From Alphaproteobacteria bacterium (GTDB taxonomy: Bacteria > Pseudomonadota > Alphaproteobacteria > UBA828), in NCBI GenBank assembly GCA_963667785.2, contig CAXXMU010000005.1, positions 256,001-320,000 of the forward strand: DNA of 64,000 nt, given 5' to 3'. A program made the translations under genes and the position numbers. Every line of letters begins with the position of its first letter. Position 1 is the first letter of the stretch. The notes under the pieces are model-generated. The model was not told the DNA's origin, did no database searches, and saw nothing but the letters and a program-made list of their open reading frames with translations. Shown one piece after another: positions 31,798 through 41,395 of the stretch.

Positions 31798-33348
31798 CTA
31801 TAGACCTGCGGAAAGGATGTCGCTGGCCCGCTCGGCGACCGCGACGATGGCCGCGTTGACCGGACCGGTCGTGAGGCTCGGCAGGATCGAGCCGTCGACG
31901 ACGTGAAGCCCCGGCACGCCCGGGACGGAAAGGTCGGGACGGACGACGGCGGCCGGGTCCGTTCCCATCCTGCAGGTTTCGACCGGATGATGGTGGGTGC
32001 AGGCGGCGTGCGCGATGAACGCAAGGCGCGCGTCTTCGCTCGCGAGATCGCCGGGCTGCGGCAGCAGCTCGTCGCCCCGCCACGGCGCGTAGGCCTCCGC
32101 CGCGCCCAGGCGCCGCGCCCACTGGAGCGCCTCGAGCAGCAGCAGGCGATCCTCCCGCTCGTCGAGGTAGGCGGGATCGATGAGCGGTCTCGCGTGCGGG
32201 TCCGCCGAGGCGATGGTCAGGCGACCCCGGCTTCGTGGGTGCGTGATGCCGAACATCAGGGTGTATCCGTCGCCGGCCGCCGGCACGCGGACCGTGCCGG
32301 CGAGGGTGTCGGAGACCACGGGGAGCGTGACGCACGCCACCACGAGATCCGGCGCGTCTTCGGGGGTCTGCGCGTCGGCGTGGATGTAGGTGAGCGATTC
32401 CGAGTGCTGCGTCGCGGTCGGCGGAAGGGCCTGGCGGGCGCGATAGAGGTTGCCGGCGGCGAGCAGGTGGTCCTGCAGGTTCCGCCCGACCCCCGGCATG
32501 TCGCGGCGGACGGCGATCCCGAGCGCAGCCAGCGTCGCGCCCGGCCCCAGGCCGGAGCGCATGAGAATGGCGGGCGTCCCGATGGCCCCGGCGGCCAGGA
32601 CGACGCCGCGCCGGGCGCCGAAGCGGCGGACCGTGCCGCCTTCCAGCGCCCGGACCCCGGTGGCGCGCCCGCTCTCGTCGAAGGCCAGCCGGTCGACGAG
32701 CAGGCCCGTGCGCAGCGCGAGGTTCGCCCTGGCGCGAACCGCTTCCGTCAGGTAGGCGTCGGCGACGCTCTGGCGCCGCCCGTCCGCTATCGTGAGCGTG
32801 TTGAGCGTCGGCCCCGCCAGCTCCCGCCCGTTGTGGTCGCGGATCGGCCGCAGCCCAAGCTCGATCCCGGCCTGGCGATGGGCGCGAGTGAGCGGGTGCG
32901 GCCTGGCGGGCTGGCAGAGCCGCAGCGGGCCTGTTCCTCCGTAGCCCTCCTCGGGCGCGAAGGGCGATGTCTCCGAGCGGATGAAGCAGGGCCTGAGCGC
33001 GGCCCAGTCCCACCCCGCGGCGCCGGCCTCGGCCCACGCGTCGAAGTCTCTCGGATGGCCGCGCACATGACCCATCGCGTTCATCGCGCTGGAGCCACCC
33101 ACCACGCGGCCGCGCGGCCAGGGATGCGCGCGGCCCGCCGTCGAGCGCTGGGGCACGGTCTCGAAGTCCCAGTCGATCGCGGAGCCCTGCAGGCGAGGCC
33201 AGGCGGCGGGATCGGCGATGTCGGGGCTCTCGGCCTCCCCTCCCGCTTCCAGCAGGAGCACGCGGCGGCCGGGGTCCTCCGTGAGCCGCGCGGCGAGCAC
33301 GCAGCCCGCCGACCCGGCGCCGACGATGACGACGTCGGCCTCGGCCAT
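31798..33348 (-). CDS. GMC oxidoreductase, pyridoxine 4-oxidase-like
   Basis: GAGSAG FAD motif, PAAWPRLQG, HHHP..TCRMG and LTTGPVNAA, the His/Pro active-site pattern recalled from Mesorhizobium pyridoxine 4-oxidase. Confidence 0.75.
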   Translation of the reverse strand: MAEADVVIVGAGSAGCVLAARLTEDPGRRVLLLEAGGEAESPDIADPAAWPRLQGSAIDWDFETVPQRSTAGRAHPWPRGRVVGGSSAMNAMGHVRGHPRDFDAWAEAGAAGWDWAALRPCFIRSETSPFAPEEGYGGTGPLRLCQPARPHPLTRAHRQAGIELGLRPIRDHNGRELAGPTLNTLTIADGRRQSVADAYLTEAVRARANLALRTGLLVDRLAFDESGRATGVRALEGGTVRRFGARRGVVLAAGAIGTPAILMRSGLGPGATLAALGIAVRRDMPGVGRNLQDHLLAAGNLYRARQALPPTATQHSESLTYIHADAQTPEDAPDLVVACVTLPVVSDTLAGTVRVPAAGDGYTLMFGITHPRSRGRLTIASADPHARPLIDPAYLDEREDRLLLLEALQWARRLGAAEAYAPWRGDELLPQPGDLASEDARLAFIAHAACTHHHPVETCRMGTDPAAVVRPDLSVPGVPGLHVVDGSILPSLTTGPVNAAIVAVAERASDILSAGL

Positions 33349-33386
33349 GCCTCGACCGGGGGTCGCGGCCCGCCCGGCAGCCGGGC

Positions 33387-34694
33387 TCAGCAATCGAGGG
33401 TGTTGCCCCGCTCCCAGTCGGAGATCGTGCCGGCGTACTCGTTCCACTCGCCCGTCTTGAGCTTGACGTAGCTCTTGACGAAGCTCTCGCCGAAGCCGGC
33501 CCGCAGCACCTTGTCCTTCTCGAAGAGCCTGAGCGCATCGAGCAGGTTGAGCGGCAGCCGGCGGGCGCCGCGCAGCTTGTGGCCCTCGGCGTAGAGGTTG
33601 AGGTCGGTGCGCGGGCCCGGGTCGCGCTCGTTCTCGATCCCGTCGAGGCCGGCGACGACGACGCCGGCCTGCAGCAGGTAGGGGTTCGAGGCGCCGTCCA
33701 TCAGCCTCAGCTCGAAGCGCCCGGCATCGGGAATGCGCACCATGGTCGAGCGGTTGTTGCCGCCGTAGGCCACCATGTTGGGCGACCAGGTGGCGCCGGA
33801 CAGCGTGACCGGCGCGTTGATCCGCTTGTAGCTGTTCACGGTCGGATTCCAGATCGCGCAGAGCGCCGGCGCGCGGTGGATGACGCCGCCGAGGAACTGG
33901 TAGCCGAGCTTCGAGATGCCGAGCTCGCCCTTGGCGTCGTGGAAGAGGTTCTTCCTGCCGGAGTTGTTCCAGATCGAGACATGGGCGTGGCAGCCGTTGC
34001 CGGTGAGGTTGGTGAAGGGCTTGGGCATGAAGGTCGCCCGGAGCCCGTGCTTCTCGGCGAGCGACTTCACCATGTACTTGAAGAAGACGTGGCGGTCGGC
34101 GGTGACCAAGGCGTCGTCATACTCCCAGTTCATCTCGAACTGGCCATTGGCGTCCTCGTGGTCGTTCTGGTAGGGGCCCCAGCCGAGGCTCAGCATGGCG
34201 TCGCAGATCTCGGAGACGACGTCGTAGCGGCGCATGAGCGCCGCCTGGTCGTAGCAGGGCTTGGCCTGGGTATCGAGCGCGTCCGAGATCGCGGTGCCGT
34301 CGGGGCTGACGATGAAGTATTCCGCCTCGACGCCGGTCTTGACCCGGTAGCCCTTCTTCCGCGCCTCCGCGAGCTGGCTCTTGAGCTTGAGCCTCGGCGT
34401 GTCCGGCATGGGCTCGCCGTTCATCCAGCAGTCGCCGGCGAGCCAGCCGACCTCGGGCTTCCACGGGAGCTGGATCAGGCTCGAGGGGTCGGGCTTGACC
34501 AGCATGTCGGGCTCGGCGGGGGTGGAATCGAGCCAGGCGGCGAAGGCGGCGAATCCGGCGCCGTCCTCCTGCATGCCGCCGATCGCCTCGGCCGGCACGA
34601 GCTTGGCGCGCAGCACGCCGAACAGGTCCACGAAGCTGATCAGGAAATAGCGGATCTTCTTCTGTTTCGCGGCCTGCGCCAGGTCCACGGCCAT
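33387..34694 (-). CDS. glnT: type III glutamate-ammonia ligase / gamma-glutamylmethylamide synthetase
   Basis: YFLISFVDLFGVLRAKLVPA, KPCYDQAALMRRY, YQNDHEDANGQFEMNW. Confidence 0.9.
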   Translation of the reverse strand: MAVDLAQAAKQKKIRYFLISFVDLFGVLRAKLVPAEAIGGMQEDGAGFAAFAAWLDSTPAEPDMLVKPDPSSLIQLPWKPEVGWLAGDCWMNGEPMPDTPRLKLKSQLAEARKKGYRVKTGVEAEYFIVSPDGTAISDALDTQAKPCYDQAALMRRYDVVSEICDAMLSLGWGPYQNDHEDANGQFEMNWEYDDALVTADRHVFFKYMVKSLAEKHGLRATFMPKPFTNLTGNGCHAHVSIWNNSGRKNLFHDAKGELGISKLGYQFLGGVIHRAPALCAIWNPTVNSYKRINAPVTLSGATWSPNMVAYGGNNRSTMVRIPDAGRFELRLMDGASNPYLLQAGVVVAGLDGIENERDPGPRTDLNLYAEGHKLRGARRLPLNLLDALRLFEKDKVLRAGFGESFVKSYVKLKTGEWNEYAGTISDWERGNTLDC

Positions 34695-34735
34695 CGCTCG
34701 ATACTCCTCTGTCTCGGAATTGCGCGGGCGGGCTG

Positions 34736-35446
34736 CTACCAGGGCAGCTCCTTGCCGTCGTACTGGAAGAAGCGGCCGGTCTGGCCGTCGCCGTAGGCCG
34801 CCACCACCCGGCGAATGCCGGCGATGCTCTCGGGCGGGGTCACCGGCGCTGCCGCGCTGCCCATGTCGGTGCTGACCCAGCCGGGATGAACCGCGAGCGT
34901 GCGCACCCCTCGCGGCGCGAGGTCGATGGAGATCGCCTTGACCAGCAGGTTGAGCGCCGCCTTGCTCGAGCGGTAGGGGTAGAAGTTGCCCTCGGCGAGG
35001 TCCGTGATGCTGCCCATGTGGGTGGACATGAAGAACATCAGCTTCATCTCGCTGGCTGCGACGTGATCGACGAAGGCCTCGGCGACCTTGAGCGGCGCCA
35101 TCGTGTTGATGGCGTGCACCTGCATCCAGTTCTCGTAGTCGAGGGTGCCGAAGGCGCCGGCCGCCTGCTCGTCGATCGCATGCCCGAGCAGGCCTGCATT
35201 GTTGACCAGCATGTCGATCGGCGTGCCGCACAACGCGGCGGCGAGCGCGTCGATCTGCGCGGGCTCGCCCACGTCCAGCGTATGCACCGTGATCGCCCCG
35301 CCCGAGGCTGTGGCAAGCGCGTTCAGCGCGTCCGCGCCGGCCGGGTTGCGGCAGCAGGCGTGGATGCGCCAGCCGTCGTCGCCGAACTGGCGCACCATCT
35401 CGAAGCCGAGCCCCCTGCTCGCACCGGTCACCAGCATCGACGGCAT
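34736..35446 (-). CDS. SDR family oxidoreductase
   Basis: VTGASRGLG, NNAG, YRSSKAAL, HPGWVSTDMG. Confidence 0.92.
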   Translation of the reverse strand: MPSMLVTGASRGLGFEMVRQFGDDGWRIHACCRNPAGADALNALATASGGAITVHTLDVGEPAQIDALAAALCGTPIDMLVNNAGLLGHAIDEQAAGAFGTLDYENWMQVHAINTMAPLKVAEAFVDHVAASEMKLMFFMSTHMGSITDLAEGNFYPYRSSKAALNLLVKAISIDLAPRGVRTLAVHPGWVSTDMGSAAAPVTPPESIAGIRRVVAAYGDGQTGRFFQYDGKELPW

Positions 35447-35616
35447 CGCACGCCTCCCCCCTCGCGCTTCGGGCGGCGGCAGAATAGCGGACCGCGCCCA
35501 GCCGACAAGGGCGCGCGGCAGCGCCTGAGAGGTCGCAGACGTGGAGAGATGGACGTACCGGGCCATTGCCGCAACGGCCCGGCTTGCCTATGGTGCGCCC
35601 CAGCTTGCCGCCGGGA

Positions 35617-35693
<77 letters not shown>

Positions 35694-35865
35694 TCCTGTC
35701 CGAAGCCACTCTGTTCAGCCGCTTGCACTTTGTGAGATAGCGCTGTGGCGATCTTGGCGGTACCGAGGATGGCATTATGAGTGAGAATTGCTTACAGATT
35801 CATGCGGGCCGCTGGGCTCAGGTTTGGTGACGATTCCTTGAGCGCGAAGGCTACGGGTTTATTTC

Positions 35866-36588
35866 ATGAGCGATATAGACAAAGAGACTAATGAATATAC
35901 TGACCTCCCGGACGACCCAGAGATGGCGTTTGCTGTCTTGCAGCAAAGAATGTACGCATCCTTAGAGAACATATGGCGAAATGCGGAAGGTTCTACTCGC
36001 ATACATGAGCAACGATATATCGACATTCTTATTGCTTTCGATGAGGTTCATGATCTCGGAAACCTTACCGCCTTCAAGAACGCGCCAAGCGACAACGAAA
36101 GTTTTCACCAGTTCTTTAGCAGCTTTCGTCGCCAAGTAGAAATTCTATCGCATAAGATCAAGATGGAGGCTGCCCGGAGAGTCAAGACTGGTGAACAGAC
36201 AATTGTTGTCCTTGATACACCAGCGCGAGGAGCGATTCACGCGCTGATCAATGCTATAAGGGAAAAGTTGAACGAACTACAGTTGCCAGAGAACAAGCGT
36301 GAGTCATTATTCGACAAGCTCAATGCATTCGCTGCCGAGGTCGACAGAAATCGCACTCGAACAGAAGCATTTCTTTCCTTTGTTGTCGATGTATCTCGCA
36401 CTGCGGGAGTTGTTAAGAAGGAGCTAGAGCCGCTGCAACAACCGATTGATCGTGTATTGGATTTGATTGAAAAGGCAAATGACAAGCACGATGCGTTGCC
36501 ACCACGCAAAGATCGTAATAGGATTCAAGGTCCGCCCAAGCGTCTTGCCCCTCCCCAGCAAGACCTCGATGACGATATCCCGTTCTAA
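35866..36588 (+). CDS. hypothetical helical protein with SSB-like C-terminal tip (DLDDDIPF)
   Basis: 240-aa ORF in AT-rich DNA; Pro-rich linker then DLDDDIPF-stop. Confidence 0.8.
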   Translation: MSDIDKETNEYTDLPDDPEMAFAVLQQRMYASLENIWRNAEGSTRIHEQRYIDILIAFDEVHDLGNLTAFKNAPSDNESFHQFFSSFRRQVEILSHKIKMEAARRVKTGEQTIVVLDTPARGAIHALINAIREKLNELQLPENKRESLFDKLNAFAAEVDRNRTRTEAFLSFVVDVSRTAGVVKKELEPLQQPIDRVLDLIEKANDKHDALPPRKDRNRIQGPPKRLAPPQQDLDDDIPF

Positions 36589-36615
36589 TCCGGCAATGAA
36601 CTCGCCACAGTGGGC

Positions 36616-36732
36616 ATGAGCCGCCACCACGCCCACCTAAGCGCACACCGCTGGGCCACATTTTAGTGCGTCGCCTTAAAACGCGACGAATGGCAGTGCG
36701 TGCGATGCGGCATGGCCGGGCGCCTAGTATCC
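36616..36732 (+). pseudogene. phage-type HNH endonuclease remnant
   Basis: Translates MSRHHAHLSAHRWATF*CVALKRDEWQCVRCGMAGRL (RD.W.CxxCG pattern) with an in-frame TAG; truncated before the HNH core. Confidence 0.6.
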
Positions 36733-36773
36733 CGTTCGAGACGTTTCCATCTATGTGCGTACCGCCCCCAACA

Positions 36774-36868
36774 CGTCATGGCCGGGCTTGTCCCGGCCAT
36801 CCACGCGTCGGCCCGGCGTCCGGTGGGTCTGGCGGAGGGAGATGCCCGGAACAAGTCCGGGCATGACG
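36774..36868. repeat. alphaproteobacterial REP/RIME-like palindromic element
   Basis: CGTCATGGCCGGGCTTGTCCCGGCCATCCACG...GATGCCCGGAACAAGTCCGGGCATGACG; the two ends are complementary. Confidence 0.75.
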
Positions 36869-36924
36869 AAGAGAAGGGGAGGCCCACTTGGCGCGTGCTG
36901 GCGCACTCCCCTTCGGTCGGCGGC

Positions 36925-39402
36925 TCAGAACCGCATGTTGAGGGTTGCGAAGAAGGTCCGTCCCCAGCCGGCCGCGCGCGGCCCGTCGGTGAACGAGGGA
37001 TTCGCGGTGTTGGTGGAGAGCTTCGCGTCGGTGAGGTTGTAGACGCCGGCGGTGATGCGCGCGTTCTCGAGCCCCAGCGGCTTTCTCCAGTCGAGCGTCA
37101 CGTCGTGGCCGATCCAGGACTTGAACCGTCCGTCGTCCCACCGGTTCTCGATCTCGTCGCGGTAGTTCACGGCCCAGAAGGCGGTGAGGTCGCCGCGCCC
37201 GACCGAGGCCTCGATGCGCACCGCGTTGCGCGGCAGCGGGTACGGCTGCTCGTCGCCTGCGATGCGCTCTTCGCTGCTGGTGACGTAGCGCCAGAACCCG
37301 CGCACGGCGACGAAGCCCCAGCCGGTCTCCTCGCGGGCGCCGAACCGGGTGTTCACCCCCGTGATCTCGGTCTCGACGATGTTTTCGAAGCTGTTGTGGA
37401 TCGTGATTTCCCCGGCCGTGCGCTCGATGCAGTTGCTGCCGCCGCCAGGCGGGCACTCGGGGTGGTTCAGCATCGCCCAGGTGGCGCCCGGCCGCCCCGG
37501 CAGGTCCGAGGTCTTGAGCCGGTACCAGTCGGCGAGTAGGTAGAACGGCCCCTGACGGGTCTCGGCGCCGATGGAGTGCCTCTGCGATCGTGACGGGTTG
37601 AGCGCGGAGTTGCTGCTCGTGAGGCGCGTCACCTGCCGGTAGTTCGTCGTGTCGCACGTGCGCGGCGGCGGCCCGCTCTCCGGGATGCACCGGACATAGG
37701 GGTGGTCCTGTGACGTGGTGCTGTGCAGGACGTGCATGGAGGGCGGACTGTCACCCGCGCTCCACGAGCCGTGCAGCGTCACGATGTCGCTCAGGCGGTA
37801 CTGGGCCCCGAGGCGCCATGAGCGCAGCCCGCCGACGTCGTCGTATTCGCTAGCCGTTGCTGCGGCTCTCAGGTCCACGGTGTCGGCAAGCGGCAGCGAC
37901 ATCTCGCCGAAGGCTCCCACCGCGCCGCGCGCGCCGGCGTAGCTGGTGCCGCCCGATCCGAGCACCCCGTTCACGTCGCGGGTGCTGCCGTCGCCTGCCC
38001 GGAACGCCAGCAGGCTGTGGGCCTCCACGTCGGCGACGTCGACTCCCGCGGTCCATGCCGAGTCGCGCCCGTCGAAGCCCGGCCCGGCGCCCTCGAGCGC
38101 GAAACTCGCGCCAAGATACCTCGAGCCCAGGTCCTGCTCCTCGCGCAGGCTGCTCCTCTCGATCGCTGCCAGGTGGTCCGGATCCTGCGACAGCGGATCG
38201 GCCAGGTCGTACCGTCCGGCCGCGATCTCCTGCCTGATGATCTCGGCGTCCACGAAGGTATCGCCCCTCACCGAGCCGTCGAACCTGTAGGCGGTGACGT
38301 AGGCGTCGTAGCCGAGGTCTTCGCTGAGCCGGCCCTTGACGCTCGCCGAGACGTCGTACTCCTCGTAGCTCCCCCACCAGTCCCGGTTGCCGTGGCCAAT
38401 GAAGCGGTGCCCGATCGCGAAGAAGTCCCCTCCCGTCGCCTCGAAGGGCGAGTCGGCCTCGCGCGCCGATGCGTTGATCGCCTCGAGCAGGCTCGCGCTC
38501 GGGGCGATGGAGAAGACGTCGACCGACGGTGCGTAGCGGAAGGCCGAGCGTCCCTGCGTGGCGTTCGCGTCCACATGGAGCTCGGCGCGCTCTCCGAGCG
38601 GGTGGTCGAGGTTCAGGATCGCGTTGCTCTGGTCGTAGCTGGCGCTGTCCCACCAGACGTTGCCGAAGGCGAACCCGCAGCCCTTGTCGCCCGACTCGAT
38701 TCCCGGCGGGTTGCTGAGCGGGCCGGTGTAGCCGAGCGCCGGGTCGCACGCGCCGAGCGGCACCGTCCTCAGCGCGCGCTCGCTGACGTCGAAGACGAAG
38801 ACGGTGTTGCCGCCGACGCTCACGTTCTTCGCGTCGGCGAAGCTCCCGCCCTCCGTCCACTCCGAGCGGCTGTGCTCGCGGGTGCTGCCCACGATCTCCT
38901 GGCGGTCGAGGATGTCGACGCCCAGGGTCATGTGTCCGCCGTCGCCGATCGCGCCGCCCCATACGACGCTGCCCTGGCGCGCCTCGCCGCCGTCGCGGCT
39001 CGGCATCCGGGCGACGGTGCGCACGTCGAAGCCGTCCAGATCCTTCCGCAGCACGATGTTGATTGCGCCGCGCACCGCGGCGTGGCCGCCGATCGTCCCC
39101 AGGCTCTCGGCTCTCAGCACCTCGATGCGCTCGACCGCCGAGAGCGGGAGGGTGTCCAGATTGGCTGCGGTCGACGCATAGGGGCGCCCGTTGACCAGGA
39201 CGAGCAGGTTGCGCCCTCCGGTGAAGAAGTAGCGGATGATCCCCGTGTCGAGCATTTCGTGGAACGTCTGGGCGCCGGAGCGCTCGATGAAGCCGCGGTC
39301 GTACTCGGCGATGATCTCCGGGGCCGGCCCCAGCCCGTCGGCATGGGCGTGACCCGCCACGAGCATGGCGGTTGCGGCGAGCGCTGCGAGGACTTTTCTC
39401 AT
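36925..39402 (-). CDS. TonB-dependent receptor
   Basis: Signal peptide, plug LVLVNGR..NLDTLPLSAVERIEVL..GAINIVLRK, C-terminal GVYNLTD..GRTFFATLNMRF. Confidence 0.92.
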   Translation of the reverse strand: MRKVLAALAATAMLVAGHAHADGLGPAPEIIAEYDRGFIERSGAQTFHEMLDTGIIRYFFTGGRNLLVLVNGRPYASTAANLDTLPLSAVERIEVLRAESLGTIGGHAAVRGAINIVLRKDLDGFDVRTVARMPSRDGGEARQGSVVWGGAIGDGGHMTLGVDILDRQEIVGSTREHSRSEWTEGGSFADAKNVSVGGNTVFVFDVSERALRTVPLGACDPALGYTGPLSNPPGIESGDKGCGFAFGNVWWDSASYDQSNAILNLDHPLGERAELHVDANATQGRSAFRYAPSVDVFSIAPSASLLEAINASAREADSPFEATGGDFFAIGHRFIGHGNRDWWGSYEEYDVSASVKGRLSEDLGYDAYVTAYRFDGSVRGDTFVDAEIIRQEIAAGRYDLADPLSQDPDHLAAIERSSLREEQDLGSRYLGASFALEGAGPGFDGRDSAWTAGVDVADVEAHSLLAFRAGDGSTRDVNGVLGSGGTSYAGARGAVGAFGEMSLPLADTVDLRAAATASEYDDVGGLRSWRLGAQYRLSDIVTLHGSWSAGDSPPSMHVLHSTTSQDHPYVRCIPESGPPPRTCDTTNYRQVTRLTSSNSALNPSRSQRHSIGAETRQGPFYLLADWYRLKTSDLPGRPGATWAMLNHPECPPGGGSNCIERTAGEITIHNSFENIVETEITGVNTRFGAREETGWGFVAVRGFWRYVTSSEERIAGDEQPYPLPRNAVRIEASVGRGDLTAFWAVNYRDEIENRWDDGRFKSWIGHDVTLDWRKPLGLENARITAGVYNLTDAKLSTNTANPSFTDGPRAAGWGRTFFATLNMRF

Positions 39403-39534
39403 CGTGGCTTCCTCAGCTCGTTCGTTGATATACGGATCGGCCTCCGTGCCGGTCGCAGGCCGGCGCGACGCGTCGTCGAGTCACGTTGATTCTACCAGCC
39501 TGGGGGGACTATGTAGGAAAGTGCCGAAGACCGC

Positions 39535-39714
39535 TCACTCGGCGGACTTCGGGCGGTCTATGTAGCGGATGCTCACGGGCTTGGTGAGCGCGTCCACAGC
39601 CTCATCGAACGTCGCGTCAACGCGCGTGTCTTCCTCAAGCTCCGCAGCGCTCGGCTGGTAGTCCGGGCTGACAATCTCGACCTCGCGAGGGCTCTGCGGC
39701 TTCTTTGTAGTCAT
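39535..39714 (-). CDS. small hypothetical IS passenger protein (59 aa)
   Basis: MTTKKPQ...DYQPSAAELEED...; TGATG overlap with the HNH ORF, ends next to the TIR. Confidence 0.55.
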   Translation of the reverse strand: MTTKKPQSPREVEIVSPDYQPSAAELEEDTRVDATFDEAVDALTKPVSIRYIDRPKSAE

Positions 39715-41160
39715 CACATAGCTTCCCTTGTCGGATGGGGCTGTTTTCCGCGTTCCTCGTCGAGGAACCGTCCCCAAGCCTTCTGGCCCTTGCGCCCGTT
39801 GCAGTTTCCGCACAAGGCGATCCGGTTGAGCACGTCATCGTCGCCGCCTCGGACATGTGGGATGCGGTGGTCAAGCTCCAGGTCCACGGCTCGGAGCGAT
39901 TTGGAGTCGCAGTAGGGATCGGCGCACTGGCGTCCCTGTCGGGCCCATAGCGCTTGCCGCAGCTTCGCGTCCGGTACATGCGGGATATCCGAGCGCCGCA
40001 GCGTCCTGCGCACCGTGACGGGCTGTATCTGAATGTTGAGACCGGTTTCGTCCGCCAGCCGTTCCAGCGTCACGCTCTCGCAACGGGGTCTATGTCGATC
40101 CCGATCCACTCTCGCCGTAGCTGTTCCGCCGCGACGCACGTTGTGGCGCACCCGGCGAAGGGATCGCACACCGTGTCGCCTTCGTCGGTGGCACATTCGA
40201 TCAGCCGCCGATAGAGTGCAACGGGCTTCCGGGTGGCCCATTCGACATTGCTCGACTCCACCGCCTCCACATCGCTCCAAAGGTCATCGCGCTTCCGCCC
40301 CGGCTGCTCGTCGAGATACCGCTTGAAACGCGGCACGCGGCCCGGCCCGGTCTGCACAATCTGTCCAGCGGCATGGGCGGCCTCCATGCGCTCTTTAGTC
40401 CAGCGCCAAACCCGCGCCACGCCCAAGAACTCATACGTCAGGTTCGGGCGATTGCCCTCCGGGTGTACCAGGTTGTCCAAGGTGTACCGCCTCCCCCCCC
40501 CCCCTCGATTTTCGAGTATTGGGCCAACGTCTTTTCGTCGAGATTGGCCATGTCGTAAGGCTCATGCGACGGGTTCCACTTCCATGTCCGACTTTTCCCG
40601 TAGGCGTAAACAGTGTCGGTAGTGCGAGGCAGGCGCCGGGTCGGATAGTTCTTCGCCGATGCGCGCCGAATCGTGATCTGGTTGATGAACAGCGAGCGCC
40701 CGAACACGGCGTCCAGGATCAACCGGAGATAGGCGTTGGCTGCATCATCGCAATGCAGGAACAGCACGCCGCTCGGCTTGAGCACGCGGTGCATTTCCAC
40801 GATCCGGGGCGCCATGTACGCCAGATAGGCGGTGATGGAGTTCTTGGCGCCGGTCGTGACCTTCCCCGTCCGATGGTCGATCTTGCCGCCTTCGATCACG
40901 GCGGCGGCCTCCACGATCTCCTTGATCGCAGGATGGTCCGACGCAATCACGTCCTGCCATTCGTCCGCTACCTCGTCCCAGCGCCAGCGATCATCGAAGC
41001 GCTGGGCAGCGGAGCGCGAGCTCAGCGGCGCGTTGAAGACGCGCTTGGCGTTGAACGGCGGATCGGTGGCGATGCAGTCCACGAACTCGCTGTTCATGCC
41101 GCGCAGAATGTGGATGTTGTCGGCGACGAACAGCGTGCAATTGCGCCAGTTCGCGGTCAT
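39714..41160 (-). pseudogene. beta-class DNA methyltransferase fused to HNH endonuclease, split by two frameshifts
   Basis: DPPF motif IV (frame 1), TRKP..DPFAGCATT motif I (frame 2), CxxxxC..LDHRIP..RGG..N...CGNCN HNH (frame 3); shifts at the G12 tract (40493-40504) and near 40079. Confidence 0.82.
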
Positions 41161-41395
41161 GCGCTCCGCGCGGCGGACGGCAGCCCATTGTCGGCGATCA
41201 GTTCACGGTAGCGCAGCCGCTTCCCGACCCCGCCATCGGCGACCGCGGCCATCATGTCGATGGTGTCATGCTCCCGCATGTTGTGGCGGGCTGCGAACTC
41301 CTGGACGTAGCGGTCAAGATGCTTCGGGCTGATCTTGTGGAAGGTGCCGGCGTGGCTGCGCTTCAGCGAGGCGCACGATCTGGAGTTCACCCCAA
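41157..41395 (-). pseudogene. IS1595-family transposase C-terminal remnant
   Basis: SLKRSHAGTFHKISPKHLDRYVQEFAARHN...GKRLRYREL signature; N-terminal Zn ribbon and most of the DDE core absent. Confidence 0.88.
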
